From positions 48,135 through 112,134 of the forward strand of contig JAVEZS010000004.1 in assembly GCA_034002885.1 (NCBI GenBank): 64,000 bases of DNA. Direction: 5' to 3'. Positions 56,469-64,000 of the stretch are shown piece after piece. This stretch comes from Bacteroidales bacterium (lineage in GTDB: Bacteria > Bacteroidota > Bacteroidia > Bacteroidales > VadinHA17). The notes under the pieces are model-generated. The model was given only the letters and a program-made list of their open reading frames with translations, made no database searches and was not told the origin of the DNA. Within the stretch, counting starts at the first letter, position 1, and each line of letters starts with the position of its first letter. The translations under genes and the position numbers were made by a program.

Positions 56469-57017
56469 ATGAAAAGATGTTTTGCTTTTATTGTTTTGGC
56501 AGCTGTTTGTTTTACATCATTCGCGCAGGATGAGATTGATGTTGCAGTCGAAAAGAACGTCATGAAAGTAAACACTCTCGCATTGTTAATAGGAACAGGT
56601 TCCTTATTCTACGAAAGGGAATTGAGCGATCTGATGTCTGCACAGATGGGTGTAGGATATCTTAATTACAAAATTGAAGAAACAAAATTCAAGGGGCTGA
56701 CACTTACACCCGAACTTAAATTTTATATCCGGAATAATGCCATCGACGGATTTTATATGGCGCCTTATCTCCGATATTTCAAATATGACTATGAAGAAGG
56801 TGAAGATTCAGGAGAAGGCAGTTTTGCGGCTTTTGGCGGCGGCGTTGCTTTCGGCAGGCAGTGGATTATGAAAAAGGGCTTTGTAATGGACCTGTTTTTC
56901 GGAGGACATTACACCGACGGGAGTATTAATATTGTATCAGGTGAAGAGCCGGAAGATATCACCAAATTTGAAGGGTTCAAGACAAGAGTGGGATTCTCAA
57001 TAGGATTTGCTTTCTGA
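56469..57017 (+). CDS. Small outer-membrane beta-barrel protein
   Basis: Start set to ATG 56469, giving the signal peptide MKRCFAFIVLAAVCFTSFAQ. Alternating beta-strand pattern with a C-terminal …FSIGFAF. Confidence 0.6.
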   Translation: MKRCFAFIVLAAVCFTSFAQDEIDVAVEKNVMKVNTLALLIGTGSLFYERELSDLMSAQMGVGYLNYKIEETKFKGLTLTPELKFYIRNNAIDGFYMAPYLRYFKYDYEEGEDSGEGSFAAFGGGVAFGRQWIMKKGFVMDLFFGGHYTDGSINIVSGEEPEDITKFEGFKTRVGFSIGFAF

Positions 57018-57038
57018 TAAAAGGAATATCCAGTGACT

Positions 57039-57073
57039 GAAGGAGCTGTAACCAGCTCCTTCTTTTATTTTTT
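57039..57073 (+). terminator. Rho-independent terminator
   Basis: GAAGGAGCTG-TAAC-CAGCTCCTTC forms a perfect 10-bp stem followed by TTTTATTTTTT. The T tract overlaps the stop codon of the convergent fur-family gene. Confidence 0.85.
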
Positions 57074-57520
57074 GGTCTCCGGTTTTTTCCTTAGATTACC
57101 ATAGATGTAGAGAGAATGATACTGAGGTTCAAAATTGTGAAGTCCGCTGGCGGTTTTGATTATGTCAAGTATCCTGGGATCGCAGAACTCTATTACCTTT
57201 CCTGTTTCAAGGTCGATGAGATGATCATGCTGACTGCACTGGAATGCTCTTTCAAACTGAGCGATATTCTTGCCAAACTGATGTTTTGTTACCAGATTAC
57301 AGTCGAGAAGCAGTTCAATAGTATTGTACAGCGTTGCCCTGCTTACACGGTAATTCTTGTTCTTCATGAAAATGTAAAGGGACTCTATATCGAAATGCCC
57401 GCTTCTTGAGTAGATCTCATCAAGAATCGCATACCTTTCCGGTGTCTTCCTGTGACCCTTCTTCTCCAGATACTCTGTGAAAATTTGTTTTACTGTCGAC
57501 CTTGTTTCGTCGTTAACCAT
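57065..57520 (-). CDS. Fur-family transcriptional regulator
   Basis: Winged-helix N-domain ([17 protein letters not shown]…[14 protein letters not shown]) and a QHDHLIDL metal-site region. Start trimmed to ATG 57520. Confidence 0.85.
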   Translation of the reverse strand: MVNDETRSTVKQIFTEYLEKKGHRKTPERYAILDEIYSRSGHFDIESLYIFMKNKNYRVSRATLYNTIELLLDCNLVTKHQFGKNIAQFERAFQCSQHDHLIDLETGKVIEFCDPRILDIIKTASGLHNFEPQYHSLYIYGNLRKKPETKK

Positions 57521-57585
57521 ATCTGGTCTTAATAAAAATAATAACAAAAATAGTCTTTTTTAGAAATCGGAAAGGGATTAGCCTG

Positions 57586-59841
57586 TTAAAGTTCCTCTGT
57601 GAAGTCCTCGACACGCTTAATAGTGTCAATGCCTTTTACATTTGATATTTTGAGGATAAGGTTGTTAAGGTCTTGTGTGTGATGCACATAGAGATCAATT
57701 GTGCCTTCGAAGATTCCCTCTCTGACGCTTATATTGATATTTGTCATATTAACCTTGAGCTCCGAAGAGATAATGTTGGTGATATCATTTACCATTCCGA
57801 TCCTGTCTACACCTGTCATGCTGATTCTTGCAATAAAAGAAACGAGCTTGTGGATAGCCCATCTTACGGCAATAATACGGTTTCCCTCATTCGACATTAT
57901 CCTGATGGCCACAGGACACTTAGGTTTGTGTATAACAATTGCACCTTCTGGTGAGCGGTAACCAATAACTTCATCGCCCGGAATGGGGTTGCAGCACCTT
58001 GCTATCTCGTATGACTGTCCTGCACTTTCCACATTTTCCCTGAGAAGGAAAGGGGAGGATGGATCGATCCGTTCCTGAGAAGGCTCTTCCTCATCTTTCT
58101 TTTCCTTTTTGGAACCAAGGAGCTTTAACTCCCAGTATTTAATAACGTTCTTTGCAGGGCTCTTTCTGATAATCTTTTTCAGGTTGTCGAGGTTCAATGT
58201 TCCAAGCTCAATTCCTGAATAAAGCTCATCCTTGTTAGGAACATCAAATGAAAGCATCAGCTTCCTGACGATTTCCGAATTCGGTGTAAGACCCAGTTCT
58301 GCGAGCTTTGCTTCAAGGATCTCCATCCCTTTCTGTATCCTGCTGCTCGATTCTGATCTAAGGGCGCCTTTTATGGCTTCCTTTGCCTTTGCGGTCCGGA
58401 CAAACGAGAGCCATTCCTTTTCCGGTTTTGCAATGTCCGAAGTAATTATCTCAACCTGGTCACCACTCATTAATATTGCGCTTATCGGGTTGAGCCTGTA
58501 GTTTATTTTTGCACCAATTGCCCGGTTCCCTATCTCTGTATGGATATCATAGGCAAAGTCGAGGGCAGAGGCTCCTTTGGGAAGACTGACCAGTTTACCC
58601 TTAGGAGTAAAAACCATAATCTCTGAAGAGAAAAGATTCATTTTAAATTCATCCAGGAACTCGATCGGATCTTCAAGAGGATTCTCAAGCATCATCCTGA
58701 TTTGCTTGATCCACTTGTCGAGTTCTGTTTCGGGCGAGTTATCACCCTTATATTTGTAATGTGCAGCATAGCCCCTTTCGGCTATCTCATCCATCCTCCT
58801 GCTGCGGATCTGAACCTCAACCCAGTGCCCCTCGGGACCCATGACAGTGACATGAAGCGCTTCATAACCATTTGGTTTTGGCCTGCTTACCCAATCTCTG
58901 AGCCTGTCGGGCTTAGGTAGATATGAATCAGTAATTACAGAATATATATTCCAGCATGTCGTTTTTTCGGGAATTCCGGGCACAGGCTCAAAAACAATCC
59001 TGACGGCGAGAACATCATAAACTTCCTCAAAGGGGACATTCTTCGACTGCATCTTCTTCCAGATAGAGAAAATCGACTTCGGACGTCCGCTAATATCAAA
59101 TTTCAACCCTGATTCCTGAAGTTTATTGATTACTGGAAGGCTGAACTTGTTTATAAGTGTATAATATTTCTTCTCACCTAGCTTAAGCTTAGATGCGATC
59201 TCATCGTATAAGACAGGCTGACGGTATTTAAAACTAAGATCCTCAAGTTCGCTTTTTATCGCGTAAAGACCAAGTCGGTTAGCAAGCGGGGCGTAAAGAA
59301 AAATAGTCTCTCCGGCAACCTTCATCTTCTTGTTCTCAGGCATCGAATCGAGAGTCCTCATGTTATGAAGCCGGTCGGCGATCTTTATAAGGATCACCCT
59401 GAGATCGTCGGAAATTGTCAGAAGCATCCTCCTGAAGTTCTCAGCCTGCATCGATGATGATGCACCCTTGTTGTAGGTCGCCGAGATTTTTGTAAGCCCG
59501 TCGATAAGGGAAGCGATCTTTGGTCCGAATTCACGGTTTACCTGTTCCAGCGAATAGCCCGTATCCTCGACCACGTCATGTAACAACGCTGTTGCTATTG
59601 ACCTCGGACCAAGGCCTATCTCCTGGTTGACAATTTTCGCTACACAAATGGGATGTATAATGTAAGGTTCACCCGACTTTCTTCGCATGTTCCAGTGAGC
59701 CTCATTTGCTACCCTGAAAGCCTTGTCTATAAGTTCCCTGTCGCCTGGCTTATTGCATCGTATCAAATTGCTGACAAGGGAATCATATTCATTCTGAATA
59801 CGCTTTATATCTTCCTCATCAAATAGATCCTTACCCGTCAT
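57586..59841 (-). CDS. Bifunctional (p)ppGpp synthetase/hydrolase, RelA/SpoT family
   Basis: HD hydrolase domain (HPICVAKI…LLHDVVEDT), a RelA/SpoT synthetase domain (YEALHVTV…VEVQIRS), and TGS and ACT C-terminal domains. Confidence 0.93.
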   Translation of the reverse strand: MTGKDLFDEEDIKRIQNEYDSLVSNLIRCNKPGDRELIDKAFRVANEAHWNMRRKSGEPYIIHPICVAKIVNQEIGLGPRSIATALLHDVVEDTGYSLEQVNREFGPKIASLIDGLTKISATYNKGASSSMQAENFRRMLLTISDDLRVILIKIADRLHNMRTLDSMPENKKMKVAGETIFLYAPLANRLGLYAIKSELEDLSFKYRQPVLYDEIASKLKLGEKKYYTLINKFSLPVINKLQESGLKFDISGRPKSIFSIWKKMQSKNVPFEEVYDVLAVRIVFEPVPGIPEKTTCWNIYSVITDSYLPKPDRLRDWVSRPKPNGYEALHVTVMGPEGHWVEVQIRSRRMDEIAERGYAAHYKYKGDNSPETELDKWIKQIRMMLENPLEDPIEFLDEFKMNLFSSEIMVFTPKGKLVSLPKGASALDFAYDIHTEIGNRAIGAKINYRLNPISAILMSGDQVEIITSDIAKPEKEWLSFVRTAKAKEAIKGALRSESSSRIQKGMEILEAKLAELGLTPNSEIVRKLMLSFDVPNKDELYSGIELGTLNLDNLKKIIRKSPAKNVIKYWELKLLGSKKEKKDEEEPSQERIDPSSPFLLRENVESAGQSYEIARCCNPIPGDEVIGYRSPEGAIVIHKPKCPVAIRIMSNEGNRIIAVRWAIHKLVSFIARISMTGVDRIGMVNDITNIISSELKVNMTNINISVREGIFEGTIDLYVHHTQDLNNLILKISNVKGIDTIKRVEDFTEEL

Positions 59842-59871
59842 AAATTTTATCCACTCGCTTACTTAGAATTA

Positions 59872-59879
59872 CAAAGATA
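59872..59879 (-). promoter_or_regulatory. Candidate -7 promoter box (TAnnTTTG) for the relA/spoT homologue
   Basis: The plus strand reads CAAAGATA, which is TATCTTTG on the minus strand, 31 nt upstream of ATG 59841. Confidence 0.3.
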
Positions 59880-59934
59880 GCTTTATTAGGTTAATCTTTT
59901 TCTCTATGCTTCAGGTAACCTACAGATCATGAAT

Positions 59935-61428
59935 TCAGTTTTTCACCACTGTTATTGTTCCTGTTCTTGAAATACTTTTACCCGAAGGTGTCGTAATCCT
60001 TATGAACCAGAGATAGACACCTTCGTTTACAGGCTGCCCGTTGTCGGTGCCGTCCCATGATTCCATATATTCATCCGTCTCGAAGATGGTTTTCCCCTGA
60101 CGGTTGCTTATTATCAGGCGGTACTCGGAGGGCGAGTAGGTTATAACCGGTCTGAACAGATCGTTTTTCATATCCCCGTCCGGCGTGAATATGTTGGGGA
60201 TAACAAAATTCTCTTCCAACTCAACGCACACCTTGTTCGATGCCGAAACTCCGTTTATACCATAGGGATTTCCTGTTTCAGAAGCATCTACATAAAAACA
60301 GAGACCACCAGCCGACTGGGTGTACATTACTTCCTCGGTTCCGATGGAAAAAGTCGTATCGGAAGGATCAACAACAGCTTTTTCAACAAAACCGGATCCT
60401 GAATCCATGTAAATGCGGTACGATGAAACCGATCCTGCCCATTCCCTGTATTTATTCCACCGAAGGGTGATCTCATTACCATTGTTCTGGACCGACAGGA
60501 GGATATTGGAGGCCATATTGGATTGGGCAAAGGAAAACCCGCAACTGTTCAGAGCCGAAAGCCTGTAGGAATAGAGTTTCTTTTGATCGATCGTGTTGTC
60601 GGTATAGGTTACAAATCCGGCTTTGGTCCTGATCTGTGCAATCTGTTGAAAACTGCCTGATAATCCGCTTCTTCTCTCAAGGGCAAAGAGATCAGTGGCT
60701 GAACCCTGATCAATCGTGAAGGAAAGCAGAATAGCTTCATCGGTTGTAACCGTTGCATAATCAGCATTGATCCAGCCGGGAGGAATCTCAAGTTCGGTCC
60801 TTTTGCAGGTTATCGTTGATGATGACTCGGTTTCGTCATCCATGATGGCAGTTATTCTGAAACAATAATCCGTCTCAGGAGTGATATCCTCAATAGTGTA
60901 TGAAGTCGTCTCAGGGCCTGCTGAGTACATTTCAACGTAACCACTTCCATTAAGGGAGGTTAAAATTTTATACTCAAGTACATTGGCGGGAAAGGGAGGA
61001 TAATAGGCATTCCAGATAACTTCGATTTCTCTTTTGCAGGTATCAAGAACCGATTGGACATAAACAGTGCTGAGGATGTTTGACAACCTGCTTGCACAAT
61101 GGGGACGCCTGAAAGAAGCAACTCTGTACTGAAAGCTTTTGTATTGGATCCTTGTATCTGTGTAGCTTGTTGCTGAGGGATTCCAGACTGTATCAATCGG
61201 GTAAAACTCGATGTTCCCGTTCCTTTCCTCATAAATGTAAATAATATATGCATCTGTATTTTCTGAAATGCTCAGGTCCCAGTTAAGTACCACAGCCGAT
61301 CTTTCAGGAGAAACAGTCACTGAATTGAGTTCGGGAGGCTCGGGTATTTCACAATTTTCCTGGGCAAAAAGGCTGGTTGATAATGCGAAGAATATCAGCG
61401 GAATAAGATATGGACCAGTGTAGTTCAT
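59935..61428 (-). CDS. Secreted Fn3/Ig-like repeat protein with T9SS type-B C-terminal sorting domain
   Basis: Signal peptide (LIPLIFFALSTSLFAQ). C-terminus FVIPNIFTPDGDMKNDLFRPV…WDGTDNGQPVNEGVYLWFI matches type-B CTDs. Starts 2 nt after the upstream M16 gene. Confidence 0.8.
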   Translation of the reverse strand: MNYTGPYLIPLIFFALSTSLFAQENCEIPEPPELNSVTVSPERSAVVLNWDLSISENTDAYIIYIYEERNGNIEFYPIDTVWNPSATSYTDTRIQYKSFQYRVASFRRPHCASRLSNILSTVYVQSVLDTCKREIEVIWNAYYPPFPANVLEYKILTSLNGSGYVEMYSAGPETTSYTIEDITPETDYCFRITAIMDDETESSSTITCKRTELEIPPGWINADYATVTTDEAILLSFTIDQGSATDLFALERRSGLSGSFQQIAQIRTKAGFVTYTDNTIDQKKLYSYRLSALNSCGFSFAQSNMASNILLSVQNNGNEITLRWNKYREWAGSVSSYRIYMDSGSGFVEKAVVDPSDTTFSIGTEEVMYTQSAGGLCFYVDASETGNPYGINGVSASNKVCVELEENFVIPNIFTPDGDMKNDLFRPVITYSPSEYRLIISNRQGKTIFETDEYMESWDGTDNGQPVNEGVYLWFIRITTPSGKSISRTGTITVVKN

Positions 61429-61430
61429 TT

Positions 61431-62705
61431 TTAGCCTGCTTTTATTTCAAACATGTCTTCCGGCCTGCAGTATGTATTTGCAAGGCTCATTATTTCATCA
61501 GGGGTCACAGATCTGATTGTATCTGCCATTCTGCCGTAGTAATCAAAATTCAGACCGAACTCATGCACTGATCTGTAACTATCGGCTATTGCAAAGGGAC
61601 CGTCGAACATCCTTAAAATTTCCCCCATCATGTACTTCCTTACCACTTCCATCTCTTCGTCAGCTGCAGGTTCGGACTGAAGACGTTTCAATTCGCTGAA
61701 GATCTCCGCGACTGCTTTATCAGCGTTCTGCCGGCCAACATCGGTTGAAATTACCATAAATCCTGAAAGATCGAAAGATGAAACTGCAGAATGGACTCCG
61801 TAGGTATAACCCTTGTCCTCGCGGAGGTTTTTCATAAGCCTCGATCCGAAGTATCCTCCCAGCAATGTGTTGAGGAATTTAAGCCCTGTGTAGTCGGGAT
61901 GACGTTTGTTTATTGTCCTGCAACCAATCCTGAATGATGACTGAACAGAACCCCTTTTCTCAATCCGGATTTTCCTGTCGCTGCTTTCCGATAAGATATT
62001 ACCTGTATCTTCCCTGTAAATATAACCTGAACCCAGTCGCCCGAAAGATTCTTCAAGCATTCCTGGAATCTTGCCTGTAATTTTTCCCGAGACTATTACG
62101 GTCATTTCTTCAGGGGAGTAATGCATCGAATGGAAATCTTTAAGGAGCTCACCGTTCATTCTTCCAAAATCTGCTTCAGTTACCTTACGACCGTAAGGAT
62201 GCCGGTTCCCAAAGATTGCTTCAAAGAAATTATCCATTGCAAGGTTCTGGGTCTTTCCACGGGAGATTCTGAACCAGTTAAGGCGTTTTTTCATCATCAG
62301 TTCGAGTTCATTCTCAGGGAAAACAGGCATGAAAAGGATCTCGGATGCAAGTTCCAGCGCCTTGCCGGCATGTTTGTTAAGGAAATAAAGGGTAAGTCCT
62401 GCCAAATCTTTCTCAGCATACAGGTTCATGAAGATCCCGTAATAGTCGAGAACACTGCTCAGGTCCCTGGCGTTATAATTTTGGGTCCCTTCGGCAAGCA
62501 TCATATTTGTTGTCGTTGCCAGAAGAGGAAGATACTCCCTGACCATTCCCGCCCTGAAAATAAAATCAATGCGCATCACTTCTTCCGTTCCTGCATCGAT
62601 CAGGTAAATGCTTGCTCCGTTACCCAGCTTTATCTGCTGAGGATCGGCCGGTATTGATGCATTGAATGGCTCGACCCGGGGCTGAAGCCTGAGAAAGGTA
62701 CCCAT
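61431..62705 (-). CDS. M16-family peptidase, non-catalytic partner subunit
   Basis: Insulinase-fold length and pattern, but no HxxEH motif. Starts 1 nt after the upstream M16 gene. Confidence 0.75.
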   Translation of the reverse strand: MGTFLRLQPRVEPFNASIPADPQQIKLGNGASIYLIDAGTEEVMRIDFIFRAGMVREYLPLLATTTNMMLAEGTQNYNARDLSSVLDYYGIFMNLYAEKDLAGLTLYFLNKHAGKALELASEILFMPVFPENELELMMKKRLNWFRISRGKTQNLAMDNFFEAIFGNRHPYGRKVTEADFGRMNGELLKDFHSMHYSPEEMTVIVSGKITGKIPGMLEESFGRLGSGYIYREDTGNILSESSDRKIRIEKRGSVQSSFRIGCRTINKRHPDYTGLKFLNTLLGGYFGSRLMKNLREDKGYTYGVHSAVSSFDLSGFMVISTDVGRQNADKAVAEIFSELKRLQSEPAADEEMEVVRKYMMGEILRMFDGPFAIADSYRSVHEFGLNFDYYGRMADTIRSVTPDEIMSLANTYCRPEDMFEIKAG

Positions 62706-62706
62706 G

Positions 62707-63951
62707 TTACTTTTTACCGCTTGATTTATAATAGAGGGTGGTGCAGTTCCCGGGATCGAGATATCTGCCTGCGGCCTCTGAAACCATATACCCGGTTACA
62801 GCTCTGAATCTTTCAACTTCGGTATTTATAAGCCCGGGATCACCAAGAAGTTCATTTATTGAAAGATTAAGGGCTTTGTTCATAATGCTGGTATTCGACA
62901 GTACGGTGGCTGATTCAAACTTATTTCTGACTTTTTCCATTTCATCTTCTGCCGGTTCTAAATGTTTGAGATTGTCAATAACCTCATTTAAAGCGTTTTC
63001 TGCTTTATTGATTTCGGTTCCCTTCATGATCTTGCCTGTCATTATTAAAAGCCCAGGCTCAATATCTGCTGTAATATAGGCATTTATTTCGCTGAACATC
63101 CTGAGCTCTCTCACCAGTCTGTTATAAAGTCTTCCTGAATCTCCTCCGGCAAGAAGGTCGGTGAGAAGGTCAAGTGTGTAATAATCACTGTCGGCACGAC
63201 GCCCTATATGCCAGACTTTGTACAGAGCGTCGGCAGGAACATTTCTCTCAACATAAAGATCTCTTGCCCCGTTCTGCTCATGCTCCTGCGGGAGGTCTCT
63301 CGTAAACAGAACATCGCCGTTAACAGGGCCAAACCATTTTTCAGCCAGGCTATACGCCTTGTCAGGACTGATGTTTCCGGCCAGGGCCAGGACAGCCCTT
63401 CGGGATGAATAATAAGTCCTGAAAAAAATTAAAGCATCCTCCATCGTTACACCGGCAACATGCGACGGGTCCATTCCGATTGTCGGCCAGCGGTATGGGT
63501 GCACCTTATATGCAAGTGGTCTGATAAGATGCATTGAATCGCCGTAAGGCTGGTTCAGGTATCTTTGCCTGAACTCTTCAATGACTACACTTTTCTGGAT
63601 TTCCAGTTTTTCCGGGGTAAAGGCTGGTTGCAGCATCCTGTCCGACTCAAGCCAGAAAGCTGTCTCTATGTTTCCGGCCGGGACGGTAAGATAATAATCA
63701 GTAATGTCGTTATTTGTAAATGCATTGTTTTCTCCTCCGGCAAGCTGAAGCGGCAGATCGTACTCTGGAATGTTCGCAGATCCGCAGAACATAAGATGCT
63801 CGAACAGATGCGCCATACCTGTTTTTGACGGATCTTCATCCTTCGATCCAGTGTCGTAGAGCAGGTTCATGGCAACAAGAGGGGTGGAGCTGTCGTAATG
63901 AACAATTACCCTCATTCCGTTAGCGAGTGTAAATCTGCTGAAACTGATCAT
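62707..63951 (-). CDS. M16-family (pitrilysin/insulinase) zinc peptidase, catalytic subunit
   Basis: Inverted zinc motif HLFEHLMF (HxxEH) near the N-terminus. Confidence 0.88.
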   Translation of the reverse strand: MISFSRFTLANGMRVIVHYDSSTPLVAMNLLYDTGSKDEDPSKTGMAHLFEHLMFCGSANIPEYDLPLQLAGGENNAFTNNDITDYYLTVPAGNIETAFWLESDRMLQPAFTPEKLEIQKSVVIEEFRQRYLNQPYGDSMHLIRPLAYKVHPYRWPTIGMDPSHVAGVTMEDALIFFRTYYSSRRAVLALAGNISPDKAYSLAEKWFGPVNGDVLFTRDLPQEHEQNGARDLYVERNVPADALYKVWHIGRRADSDYYTLDLLTDLLAGGDSGRLYNRLVRELRMFSEINAYITADIEPGLLIMTGKIMKGTEINKAENALNEVIDNLKHLEPAEDEMEKVRNKFESATVLSNTSIMNKALNLSINELLGDPGLINTEVERFRAVTGYMVSEAAGRYLDPGNCTTLYYKSSGKK

Positions 63952-63973
63952 TAAGGCATTTTTGTTAAAAAGA

Positions 63974-63981
63974 CAAACTTA
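63974..63981 (-). promoter_or_regulatory. Candidate -7 promoter box (TAnnTTTG) for the M16-M16-T9SS cargo operon
   Basis: The plus strand reads CAAACTTA, which is TAAGTTTG on the minus strand, 23 nt upstream of ATG 63951. The expected -33 position falls beyond the window edge. Confidence 0.35.
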
Positions 63982-64000
63982 GCTAAAATTAAGGGAAGCT

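Noticed and set aside
1-64000. Looked for rRNA, tRNA, CRISPR repeats, IS elements or transposases, prophage genes and known defence-system components (nucleases, helicases, methyltransferases, toxin-antitoxin pairs)
   Set aside because: No intergenic region exceeds about 240 bp, and none shows cloverleaf-like GC-rich structure or regularly spaced repeats. No ORF resembles a transposase, phage protein or defence gene. A covariance-model scan (tRNAscan/Infernal) would be needed to exclude small ncRNAs formally.

Overview
The window looks like a gene-dense chromosomal segment from an anaerobic member of the Bacteroidota. I support about 54 CDS, and most of the window is coding. The taxonomic call rests on two T9SS type-B C-terminal sorting domains, TAnnTTTG-type -7 promoter boxes, few Shine-Dalgarno sites, rubrerythrin and rubredoxin, PPDK/PEPCK, and a Na+-pumping methylmalonyl-CoA decarboxylase. 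Most genes are core housekeeping or central metabolism: htpG, pckA, ppdK, pyk, aroQ/aroB/aroC, proS, tilS, purA, relA/spoT, nth, xerD and plsY. By eye I found no rRNA, tRNA, CRISPR array, transposase, phage gene or recognisable defence system. The most interesting locus is 36.3-42.3 kb. It holds a complete nickel-pincer-nucleotide (NPN) cofactor maturation operon, larC-larE-larB, with no larA in the window. A WbqC-family gene follows it in the same operon. It sits back-to-back with a Tat-exported DUF362 protein and a membrane polyferredoxin, which I propose as a candidate new NPN client system; this is a hypothesis, not demonstrated. Other notable points: a citD-citE fusion plus citF and an unlisted rubredoxin gene appended to the mce-mmdADCB operon, with no citC/citG/citX in view; an extremely Tyr-rich low-complexity lipoprotein next to a FadL/PorV-like barrel; perfect palindromes in two promoter regions, one beside a Fur-family gene; and two T9SS type-B cargo loci. 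Several ORF-track starts look too far upstream and were trimmed (htpG, rbr, pckA, nth, larC, larE, citDE, citF, fur and two OMP genes).
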